From assembly GCA_963724215.1 (NCBI GenBank), contig CAVRTZ010000008.1:197651-261650 (forward strand): DNA of 64,000 nt, read 5' to 3'. The notes beneath the pieces were generated by a model. The model did not search any database, had not been told where the DNA came from, and saw only the letters and a list, made by a program, of their open reading frames with translations. This DNA comes from an uncultured Ignavibacteria bacterium (GTDB lineage Bacteria; Bacteroidota; Ignavibacteria; UBA10030; SZUA-254). The translations under genes were made by a program, and so were the position numbers. How positions within the stretch are numbered: position 1 is the stretch's first letter; every line of letters starts with the position of its first letter. Positions 20,165-28,165 of this stretch are shown here, in pieces.

Positions 20165-21412
20165 CTACGTGAGCCAGTTGAGGAATGCCGTTATGATGAT
20201 CGCGTTCGTGAAGTCGATGAAGAACGCCCCCACGAGGGGGACGACCAGGAAGGCGCGGGGGGCGTCGCCGTATTTCCTGACGAGGGTCTTCATGTTCGCG
20301 ACGGCGTTGGCGGTCGTGCCGAGCACGAAGCCGATGAAACCGCCCGACATCACCGCCGCTTCGTAGTCGCGCCCCATCAGCCAGAACGAGACGGTGGCGG
20401 CGAAGACGGTGACCGCGAGGGCCTGGACCGCGAGGATCGCGGCGAGCGGCCCGGCGAGGTTCAGCAATTCCCAGAGCCTGAGGTTCATCAGGGCGACGGT
20501 GAGGAAGATGTTCAGGCTCACCGTGCCGATGAAATCCATCGCCTGCTGGTCGATCCTGAACCAGTGCGTGGCGTCGTCCAGGTTCCGGACGAGGGAGGCC
20601 ACGAGCATCGCCCCGATGTAGGCCGGGAGCGTCCATCCGAGCGACTCGAAATACCAGCCCACGACCGTGCCGGCGCCCATCGTCAGGGCGAGGATGAGCA
20701 GGTTGACGACGAACGTGGGGTCTTCGCGGTCGAGGTGGATCGACAGGATCTCGTGGTCGGCGATCGCCGTCGGGTCGTCGTGGCGCGCCATGTCGCGGGC
20801 AGGTTTCGCTGGCCGGGTCCCGTGAAAATTGTGTTTTTTGATCAGCCAGGTCCCGACCGGCCCGCCGATGATCCCGCCGCAGACGATGCCGAAGGTCGCG
20901 GCCGTGAGCGCCAGCGTGTCGGCCCCGACGACCCCGGCCTTCTCGAAGAGCGGTGCGAACGCCATCCCGGTCGCGGGACCGCCGACCAGGGTGACCGAGC
21001 CGGCGATGATCCCCACCAGCGGGCTCACGTCGAACGCCCGGGCGATCCCCATCCCGATGAAGTTCTGGAGGAAACAGAACGCCGTGGAGATGACCAGGAA
21101 CAGGACCACCTGCACGCCGCCCTTCTTCAGGAGGGGGACGCTCGCCATCATGCCGATCGTCGTGAAGAACGCGACGTTGAACAGCGGCTGTGTGGCGGTG
21201 TCGAACCGGAGGTTGAGGAACCTGTCGCGCCCGATCAGCACGAGGATCGCGAAGAGCAGGCCCCCGACGACGGCGGACGGTATGTTCAGCCTGTCGAGAA
21301 GGGGGATGCGCCTCTTCAGGACGATGCCGGAGTAGTACACCAGCGCGGCGACGGCGAGCGTCTGGATCAGGTTGAGGTTGAGGAGGTGGATTGTCGCCGG
21401 CGTTTCGTTCAT
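20165..21412 (-). CDS. gltS: Sodium/glutamate symporter
   Basis: 415 aa polytopic membrane protein with a GltS-like N-terminus (..LIQTLAVAALVYYSGIVLKRRIPLLDRLNIPSAVVGGLLFAI..). Confidence 0.8.
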   Translation of the reverse strand: MNETPATIHLLNLNLIQTLAVAALVYYSGIVLKRRIPLLDRLNIPSAVVGGLLFAILVLIGRDRFLNLRFDTATQPLFNVAFFTTIGMMASVPLLKKGGVQVVLFLVISTAFCFLQNFIGMGIARAFDVSPLVGIIAGSVTLVGGPATGMAFAPLFEKAGVVGADTLALTAATFGIVCGGIIGGPVGTWLIKKHNFHGTRPAKPARDMARHDDPTAIADHEILSIHLDREDPTFVVNLLILALTMGAGTVVGWYFESLGWTLPAYIGAMLVASLVRNLDDATHWFRIDQQAMDFIGTVSLNIFLTVALMNLRLWELLNLAGPLAAILAVQALAVTVFAATVSFWLMGRDYEAAVMSGGFIGFVLGTTANAVANMKTLVRKYGDAPRAFLVVPLVGAFFIDFTNAIIITAFLNWLT

Positions 21413-21422
21413 GGCTGCCCCT

Positions 21423-22685
21423 TCACCGGACCAGCAGCAATTTGATGGTTTCGCTGAACGTGCCGGACCGGAGGACGCAGAAATACACGCCGCCGGGCAG
21501 GCCTGAGGCGTCCCATTCCCTCGTATGTTCCCCGGGCGGGAGGAACTCCGATACGGGCCGGCCCACCGCGCGTCCGAGAACGTCGAGTATCGTCAGGCTC
21601 GCGTATCCCGCTTCGCCCAGGCGGAACGTCAGGGTCGTCGAGGGGTTGAACGGGTTCGGATAATTCTGGCGCAGGGAATATGCATGTGGTTTCGGGGACG
21701 GCTCCTCGCCCACGCCCGTGACCGTCCCGCCGTTGGAGGTAGAATAGATCCTCCCTGTCTGGCCGACGGTCCATCCGCGAAGGTCGCCCGAGAACTCGAC
21801 GTCGTACAGGTCGCCGGCGAAGGTGACGCTCTGCGGAGTCCAGTTCTGGCCGCCGTCCGTCGTCCGCAGGACCGTCGCCGTTCCGACGGCGGTCCCGATG
21901 TCCGGGGTCGTGAAGGTGACCGCAAAGAGGTTCTGGACGGTGCCGCTCGCCTGGGGGGACCACAGTGCGCCGCCGTTCGTCGTTTTCAGGATCGTCCCCG
22001 AATATCCCACGACATAGCCGGTGTCGCTGCCGGCAAAGGAAATGCTCCTCAGGTCGGCGGTCGTGCCGCTCGGGCGGGGGGACCACGTGGCGCCGCCGTC
22101 GCTGGTCGCGAGTATCGTCCCGCCGAAGCCGGCCGCGTACGCGACCCTCGTATCCACCATGAATACCCCGGCCAGTTCGACCGCCGTATTCGAGGTGAGC
22201 GTGTCCCAGGTGCCGCCGCCGTCGGTGGTCCCCCTGATGGTCCCGTTCTGTCCCGTCGCGATGCCGTGGAGGTTGTCGGCGAAGTGAACGTGCACGAGGT
22301 GCTCGGTGGTGCCGCTCTGGCGGGGCGCCCAGTGGTCTCCGGCGTCGCTTGAGAAGAGGATGAGCCCCGACTGGCCGACGACGAAGCCGGTGTCGCCCGA
22401 CGGGAAGTCGACGTCGCGCAGGAACATCGCGGTTCCGCTCGTCTCGGCGATCCAGGTCGTGCCCCCGTTCGTGGTGCGTTTCATCGTGCCTGCGGTCCCG
22501 ACGAACATCCCGTTGATCGAATCGGTGAAGGAAACCCCCAGGAGCGTTTGCGCCGTGCCGCCGGCCTGCTGCGTCCATTGGGAGAGGCTGACGGACGCCG
22601 TGAGCAGGAGGAGAACGGTGATGTGCGCCGCACGGCGGGCGGCGGATGAATGCCGCGATGATGAGGTTGAACGTTGATCGGCCAC
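21423..22685 (-). CDS. BNR/Ycf48-like repeat protein with a T9SS C-terminal sorting domain
   Basis: Repeated ..TTDGGxTW.. BNR-like motifs. C-terminal ..YSLRQNYPNPFNPSTTLTFRL.. Por secretion tail. Confidence 0.7.
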   Translation of the reverse strand: MADQRSTSSSRHSSAARRAAHITVLLLLTASVSLSQWTQQAGGTAQTLLGVSFTDSINGMFVGTAGTMKRTTNGGTTWIAETSGTAMFLRDVDFPSGDTGFVVGQSGLILFSSDAGDHWAPRQSGTTEHLVHVHFADNLHGIATGQNGTIRGTTDGGGTWDTLTSNTAVELAGVFMVDTRVAYAAGFGGTILATSDGGATWSPRPSGTTADLRSISFAGSDTGYVVGYSGTILKTTNGGALWSPQASGTVQNLFAVTFTTPDIGTAVGTATVLRTTDGGQNWTPQSVTFAGDLYDVEFSGDLRGWTVGQTGRIYSTSNGGTVTGVGEEPSPKPHAYSLRQNYPNPFNPSTTLTFRLGEAGYASLTILDVLGRAVGRPVSEFLPPGEHTREWDASGLPGGVYFCVLRSGTFSETIKLLLVR

Positions 22686-22709
22686 GTCTGCCGGACCCTT
22701 TGGTTGTGA

Positions 22710-23804
22710 CTATTGTCCTTCCGCGTCGTATCTCGCCTGGTGCCAGGCGCGTTCGACGGCGGGCGCGAGAAAGAACTGGTCGAAGGCGGCCTCCTTCCGG
22801 GCGTCGCCCATCGCGAATTTTTCCCTCCAGGCCGGGAGGGTCACCCGCTTCACCGTTTCCTCCAGGCCCGCGCCCGAGGCGACGGCGCTGTCGACTCCCG
22901 CCACCAGGCCGGAGAGGAGCCCCCTGACGCGGTGGAGATACTCCCTGTCCGTGTACGGCTGGCCGTGGCCGGGGAAGAGGATGCCGGCGGGAAGGGAATC
23001 GAGGCGTCCGAGCGTCGCAATCCACTCCCTGAAGTACGATCCGAACGCGAAGGGCACGGGATAGACCAGGAGGTCGCCGATCGCGGCGATCCCCTCGGCG
23101 GGAAGGTAGATCACGGCGTCGCCGCGCGTGTTCCCCCGCCCCAGCCAGAGCAGTATCACCGTGCGCGCGCCCATCCGGAGGACGAGGGAATCGGTGAAGG
23201 TCAACTCCGGCGGCGCGTCCTTCACCGTCGCGTACTCCCTGGCGCTCCGCTCGTAGAGGTCCCTGACCGCCTCGACCCGTTTCGTGCGGGCGCTGTCGAG
23301 CGCCTTGCCGTTGTCGTCCCTGCCTTCGGCCAGCCACCGCGTGTACCTGTCGAAATTCTCCTTCAACCCCCGGATGTCGTCGGGCCTGGCCCGGATGACT
23401 TTTTCCAGGATGTCTTCCCTGGTGTCCCTCTGGGCGATGAACTCGACGCCGGGCCAGATCTCACGGTAGACGAAATTGCCGTTGTTGTGGTCGTCATGGA
23501 AATGGGTGTTCACCACGTAGCGCACCGGCTTCGGGGTGATCTTTTGGAGCTCCGCGACCATGAGGCGGGTGGAGGAGGGAAAGAGGCCGGCGTCCACGAC
23601 CAGCACGTCGTGATCGTTGACGACGAAGAGGGAGTTCCCCTCGATGGGGTCCGCGAGCGGGTCGGTCCAGATGAACCCGTAGACGCCGTCGGCGAGCTTC
23701 CTGACTTCGAACTCCCCGGCGGGAACGCCCCTGAGCGACACCGTCGCCAGGAGCAGGAACGCGGAGGCCAGGAGGGGCAGGAATCGTCCGGATACTGTCT
23801 TCAT
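22710..23804 (-). CDS. Secreted MBL-fold metallo-hydrolase
   Basis: ORF 22710..23972. The start at the internal Met has a signal peptide (MKTVSGRFLPLLASAFLLLATVSL). NTHFHDDH metal motif. Confidence 0.75.
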   Translation of the reverse strand: MKTVSGRFLPLLASAFLLLATVSLRGVPAGEFEVRKLADGVYGFIWTDPLADPIEGNSLFVVNDHDVLVVDAGLFPSSTRLMVAELQKITPKPVRYVVNTHFHDDHNNGNFVYREIWPGVEFIAQRDTREDILEKVIRARPDDIRGLKENFDRYTRWLAEGRDDNGKALDSARTKRVEAVRDLYERSAREYATVKDAPPELTFTDSLVLRMGARTVILLWLGRGNTRGDAVIYLPAEGIAAIGDLLVYPVPFAFGSYFREWIATLGRLDSLPAGILFPGHGQPYTDREYLHRVRGLLSGLVAGVDSAVASGAGLEETVKRVTLPAWREKFAMGDARKEAAFDQFFLAPAVERAWHQARYDAEGQ

Positions 23805-23895
23805 TGGAATCCGATCCGGGATGCCGGTCTGCCCGATCCTCCCCGCGTCGAAATGTCGTGTCGGTGTGCGATTCCGCCCGGCAGCGGAGAAAACT

Positions 23896-24237
23896 TTACC
23901 GCCAGCCGCCGCCGCTCCCGCCGCCGCCGCGATTCCCACCGCCACCGCCGCCGCCACGGAATCCGCCGCCACCGCCGCCGCCGCCGCGGGTCTCGGTGCG
24001 CGGACGCGCTTCGTTGACGGTGAGCGCCCGGCCCTTCAGGTCGTTGCCGTTGAGGCCGGCGATCGCCGCCTCGGCCTCGGACTGCGTCGGCATTTCAACG
24101 AAACCGAAGCCCCGAGGCTCGCCGCTGAACTTGTCCTTCAGAAGTGACACGGTCGCGACTTTGCCGTATGCCGAGAACGCCGCACGAATGTCGTCTTCCG
24201 TAACGTTGCGTGAGATGTTGCCCACAAAAATGTTCAT
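23896..24237 (-). CDS. RRM-type RNA-binding protein with a glycine-rich tail
   Basis: RNP2 IFVGNI, RNP1 RGFGFVEM, and a C-terminal GGGGGGGGFRGGGGGGGNRGGGGSGGGWR tail. Strong AAGGAG SD upstream. Confidence 0.85.
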   Translation of the reverse strand: MNIFVGNISRNVTEDDIRAAFSAYGKVATVSLLKDKFSGEPRGFGFVEMPTQSEAEAAIAGLNGNDLKGRALTVNEARPRTETRGGGGGGGGFRGGGGGGGNRGGGGSGGGWR

Positions 24238-24270
24238 CGAGTGACTCCTTGAGTTGGTATGGATGTTTGA

Positions 24271-24636
24271 CTAGTGTGTTACTGGTTTTTTGCGGCGGAA
24301 GATGCGGAAGAGGACGACGGCGACGAGCCCATAGAACAGTCCGACCGAAATACATCCGATGGTGAGCGCGGCGTGATAACCGACGAGATCGTACGACGAA
24401 TAACCGGCGAGAAACCCGGGATAGAATGCCACCTCGGCCCAGGGGGAAACCCCGAGAAAGGTGCTGCCACCGGCGAGGAGATAGATGGTGCAGGTACCGG
24501 CCCCGAGGAAGAACCCGGCCAGGAAGAGGTTCCTGAAAGCGCTCGACGGCGCCGGGGTGGAGACGGCTACATTCGTAATCACGGATCGGTCGATGATATC
24601 TGAATTGAATGTGGGGAAGTCCTGCATCAAACGCAA
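24271..24636 (-). CDS. Hypothetical small membrane protein
   Basis: 121 aa with three hydrophobic segments. No homology is recognised. Confidence 0.4.
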   Translation of the reverse strand: MRLMQDFPTFNSDIIDRSVITNVAVSTPAPSSAFRNLFLAGFFLGAGTCTIYLLAGGSTFLGVSPWAEVAFYPGFLAGYSSYDLVGYHAALTIGCISVGLFYGLVAVVLFRIFRRKKPVTH

Positions 24637-24753
24637 CTATTATCTGAAAAACAGCCGTTGCGGGGCGGAATTTACACGTATTTTGCGGGAAACGAGGGCG
24701 TTCCGGGGCGGGCGTTGGGTGGGGAAAACGAACATTCGCTATATTATTCCATC

Positions 24754-24870
24754 ATGAAAGCCTTCGACTCTGAACGGCTCAAAAAATTCGGCGCGGCCGG
24801 GTTTCTGTTTTTTCTCCTGAAGGGGCTGGTCTGGCTGCTGCTGTTCCTGTTCGCGTGGAGCGAGGTCTGA
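24754..24870 (+). CDS. Candidate small hydrophobic protein (38 aa)
   Basis: MKAFDSERLKKFGAAGFLFFLLKGLVWLLLFLFAWSEV. The ATG sits immediately after a TTCGCTATATTATTCC promoter-like motif, so the mRNA may be leaderless. Confidence 0.25.
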   Translation: MKAFDSERLKKFGAAGFLFFLLKGLVWLLLFLFAWSEV

Positions 24871-24912
24871 GATCCCCGCTCCGCCGCGCCGTTCATTCCG
24901 TCGTCCCGGCCT

Positions 24913-25818
24913 TCAACCTTTCCGGATAAACGTCCCCAGCCTCAGCTCCGCGAAGGCCTGGCGCAATTCGTCCTGCGTGTTCATCACGATCGGACCCTGC
25001 CACGCCACCGGCTCCTTGAGCGGTTTCCCCGACACCATCAGGAACCTGATCCCCTCGTCGCCCGCCGTCACGCTCACTTCGTCGCCGCTGTCGAAGAGCA
25101 CGAGCGACCTGTTGCCGGTCAGGCTCGTCTGTTCCTCGCCGTGGGGCCCGACGTGGTCGGTCCTCACCGGTTGCGGCGCCGACGCGTCGCGGAACGAGCC
25201 CGAGCCCTCGAAGACGTACGCGAAGGCGTGCCGCGTGGTCTCGACCGGAAGCACTTTGCGTTTCCCGGGCGGCACCCACACGTCGAGGTACCGCGGGTCG
25301 GCCGCGATCCCCTCGACGGGCCCGCTCTTCCCCCAGAACTCGCCGCACACGATCCTCACGCTGGTGCCGTCGTCGTCCGTGACGGAGGGTATTTCCGTCG
25401 AGGGGACGTCCTGGTACCGGGGCGGCGTCATCTTGTGCACTTTCGGGAGGTTCGCCCAGAGCTGGAACCCGTGCATCCTTCCCTTCGGGTCGCCCTTCGG
25501 CATCTCCTGGTGCAGGATGCCGCTGCCGGCGGTCATCCACTGCACGTCGCCCGCGCCGAGCGTGCCGCGGTTGCCGAGGCTGTCGCCGTGGTCGACCGTG
25601 CCGGCCAGCACGTAGGTGATCGTCTCGATGCCGCGGTGCGGGTGCCAGGGGAACCCGGCGAGGTAGTCGTCGGGGTTCTCGTTCCGGAAATCGTCGAGCA
25701 GGAGGAAGGGATCGTATTCGTCCGTCTCCCCGAAGCCGAACGCGCGGCGCAGGTGGACGCCCGCCCCTTCGAGTGTCGGACGGGATTGAATGATGCGTTT
25801 TACCGGTCGTATGGACAT
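24913..25818 (-). CDS. Pirin-family protein
   Basis: Cupin motif FPWHPHRGIETITYVL. Start at an internal Met preceded by AGGGGAG. Confidence 0.85.
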   Translation of the reverse strand: MSIRPVKRIIQSRPTLEGAGVHLRRAFGFGETDEYDPFLLLDDFRNENPDDYLAGFPWHPHRGIETITYVLAGTVDHGDSLGNRGTLGAGDVQWMTAGSGILHQEMPKGDPKGRMHGFQLWANLPKVHKMTPPRYQDVPSTEIPSVTDDDGTSVRIVCGEFWGKSGPVEGIAADPRYLDVWVPPGKRKVLPVETTRHAFAYVFEGSGSFRDASAPQPVRTDHVGPHGEEQTSLTGNRSLVLFDSGDEVSVTAGDEGIRFLMVSGKPLKEPVAWQGPIVMNTQDELRQAFAELRLGTFIRKG

Positions 25819-25989
25819 AAGAACTCCCCTTTCATGATCGCATGCTCGATTGAGATGATCTAATATAAACATTCAACCGCCGAATTTCAGCCCGGGTTCC
25901 CTCCATCCCGGACGCGCTGCGCACCCGGGGGATGAGCGGGCCGACCGACGTCCGGCGACCGGGTCGGCCCTGAACGAACGCGGTGACGG

Positions 25990-26553
25990 TCACGCGGCCA
26001 GGACCGCTTCCACGACCTGGTTGAACTCCGCGAGGATTTCAATTTTGACCTCGTTGCCCACGACCACGCCGCCGGCCTCGGTGATCGCGTTCCACTGGAG
26101 CCCGAAATCGAACCGGTTGATTTTAGCGCGGATTTCGAACCCCGCGACGCGCGTCCCGCCGAAACCCGACACCGTTCCGTTGTAGATCACGTCCAGTTCC
26201 ACCGGTTTCGTCACGCCACGCAGGGTCAGGTCGCCGGTCACCCGGAGTTCGTGGTCGGAGAGCTTCCTCACCGACGTGGAGACGAAGGTCATCTTCGGGT
26301 GGTTCGCCGCATCGAAGAAATCGGCCGATTTGAGGTGGCCGTCCCGCTGGTCGTTCTTCGTGCTGATGCTGTCGATGTCCGCCTCGAACGAGACGCGGGC
26401 GTCGGCGAAATCGTCGCCGCCCGATCCGCTCGATTCACCCGTTTCGATCGCGGCGTCGAACCTGCCGAAATGCCCCGTGACCGTCGAAACGACGAGGTGT
26501 TTTACCTTGAAATTGACTTCTGAATGGGTCGGGTCGATCTTCCACTGTGTCAT
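25990..26553 (-). CDS. YceI-like polyisoprenoid-binding protein
   Basis: 187 aa, MTQWKIDPTHSEVNFKVKHLVVSTVTGHF.. which is a typical YceI N-terminus. Confidence 0.85.
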   Translation of the reverse strand: MTQWKIDPTHSEVNFKVKHLVVSTVTGHFGRFDAAIETGESSGSGGDDFADARVSFEADIDSISTKNDQRDGHLKSADFFDAANHPKMTFVSTSVRKLSDHELRVTGDLTLRGVTKPVELDVIYNGTVSGFGGTRVAGFEIRAKINRFDFGLQWNAITEAGGVVVGNEVKIEILAEFNQVVEAVLAA

Positions 26554-26744
26554 GGCGCTGTTCCTTCTGTTATTGGTCTGTGTTCATTGTCCGTTGATCA
26601 CACTACCAATATACCGCGAAGGGCGCCCGCGGCGCATTCACGCAGGGTAAGAAATGGGATGAACCCATGGTAACATATCGAAGCATCCCGGGAGGACCGG
26701 CCGGATCGGTCGAAGGGGCCGACGGCATGCGGGGCCATCCCCGG

Positions 26745-27326
26745 CTAGGGTTTCTTCGAAAGTTCCTTCCGGATGCGGCTGAGGGATTGCGGGGTGATCC
26801 CGAGGTACGAGGCGATCTGGTGCTGGGGGATCTGTTCGACCAGGGATGGATAGGTCTTGAGGAACGACAGGTATCGTTCTTCGGCGGTGTCCTTCAACAG
26901 TGAATCGATCCGGCGGCTCGTCGCGGTGAAGCCCGACTCCTGCAGGAGTCTGAAGTAGCGGTCGGCTTTCGGGGCGGTGTCGAGCAATTTGTCCCTGGAC
27001 GATTTCTCGAGGATGAGGACGTCGGAGTCCTCGAGGGCGTCGATCGAGTGGACGGCCTTCCCTCCCGAGATGAAGTTCTGGAGGTCGGAGATCCACCAGT
27101 CGCTGATGGCGAACTGGTTGACGTGCTCTTCGCCCCTCGCGTCGACGGTGTACGAGCGGAGGCACCCGCTGTTGACGAAGGCGAGCAGCCTGCAAAGTTC
27201 CCCCTCCTGGATCAGGAACTGCCGCTTGCGGAGCTTCTTCGGGACGAAGAACGGCTCCCAGGCGGCCCACTCTTTTTTGGTGAGCGGCACCCGCTTGTTG
27301 ACGTTCGCGTAGAGGATATCGTACAT
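26745..27326 (-). CDS. Crp/Fnr-family transcriptional regulator
   Basis: 193 aa from the internal Met MYDILYANVN... cNMP-binding-like N-terminal region. C-terminal HTH IASYLGITPQSLSRIRKEL. Confidence 0.8.
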   Translation of the reverse strand: MYDILYANVNKRVPLTKKEWAAWEPFFVPKKLRKRQFLIQEGELCRLLAFVNSGCLRSYTVDARGEEHVNQFAISDWWISDLQNFISGGKAVHSIDALEDSDVLILEKSSRDKLLDTAPKADRYFRLLQESGFTATSRRIDSLLKDTAEERYLSFLKTYPSLVEQIPQHQIASYLGITPQSLSRIRKELSKKP

Positions 27327-27340
27327 GGCCGGTTTATCGT

Positions 27341-27973
27341 TCAATTTGCCACGGACGGGGACTTCCGGAGGTACGTCGCGTCCGTGAGCTGCTTCAGCAT
27401 GAAGTCCGCCACGGTCGCGCGCGATACCTTCACGGTCCATAACCAGCTTCCGATCCCGGCGCCATGCCGGTACGTCTCCCGTTTCTTCCCGTTGGTCAGC
27501 TGACCGGGCCGAACGATGGTCCAGTCGAGGGCGCTTCTCCTGATATGCTCCTCCTGGAGCTCCTTGTCCCTGAAGTAGAACCAGATGATGACCGGTATGA
27601 CGAAGAGCGTATAATAGAGGCCCATCCGGCCGCGGGTGTCGCCGATGCCGAGCGCCGTCTCGCAGACGAAGCACTTCACGCCGTGGCGCTCCATGGCTGC
27701 GATGACGTTTTTCGTCCCTTCCGACAGGATGGTCGTTTTGATGAACCACCGCTTGTGGCCGAGCGCCGAGAGGACGGCGTCGTGGCCGGGCATCACGGCG
27801 TCGAGCGACGCGGAATCGAGCACGTCGCCCCGGACGACCGTGAGCCGGTCGTGCTTCGTGGCGACCTTCCCGGGGTTCCGGACGAGGGCCGTGACGCGGT
27901 GGCCCTGCTCGAGGGCCTGGGAGAGGATGGCCCGGCCTGTGCCGCCGGTCGCACCGATGAGGAGGAGGTTCAT
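27341..27973 (-). CDS. NAD(P)H-binding NmrA/SDR-like oxidoreductase
   Basis: MNLLLIGATGGTGRAILSQALEQGHRVTALVR.. GxxGxxG Rossmann motif. Confidence 0.8.
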   Translation of the reverse strand: MNLLLIGATGGTGRAILSQALEQGHRVTALVRNPGKVATKHDRLTVVRGDVLDSASLDAVMPGHDAVLSALGHKRWFIKTTILSEGTKNVIAAMERHGVKCFVCETALGIGDTRGRMGLYYTLFVIPVIIWFYFRDKELQEEHIRRSALDWTIVRPGQLTNGKKRETYRHGAGIGSWLWTVKVSRATVADFMLKQLTDATYLRKSPSVAN

Positions 27974-28077
27974 GATGGTCCGGTCAACTGTGGAAGGCTG
28001 TGTCTGGTATGAATGTATCCGATCACGCTCTGAGTGTCAAGCGGCCCGTCGGAATTCGTTCCAACGGATACAGGGCG

Positions 28078-28125
28078 GGGGAAAAGATCCCCCTCCCGGC
28101 GACGTGTGACCCGCCGGGAGGGGGT
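28078..28125 (-). terminator. Rho-independent terminator of the large T9SS BNR gene
   Basis: Minus-strand 12-13 bp GC stem (CCCCCTCCCGGCG/CGCCGGGAGGGGG) followed by GAUCUUUUCC. It is preceded by a second 11-bp hairpin at ~28133-28160. Confidence 0.6.
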
Positions 28126-28165
28126 GGATTGACAGGGTCCCGGGTCAAGCCCGGGACCTGAGGAA

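Noticed and set aside
23804-24244. A Pro-rich ORF on the plus strand (..PPPLPPPPRFPPPPPPPRNPPPPPPPPRV..).
   Set aside because: It is the antisense of the Gly-rich tail of the RRM protein, so it is a compositional artefact.
25826-25872. GATCAT ... GCATGC ... GATCAT and TTGAgatgATC-like elements upstream of pirin, considered as an FNR/CRP box for the nearby Crp/Fnr regulator.
   Set aside because: Neither half-site arrangement matches TTGAT-N4-ATCAA or TGTGA-N6-TCACA well enough to call.
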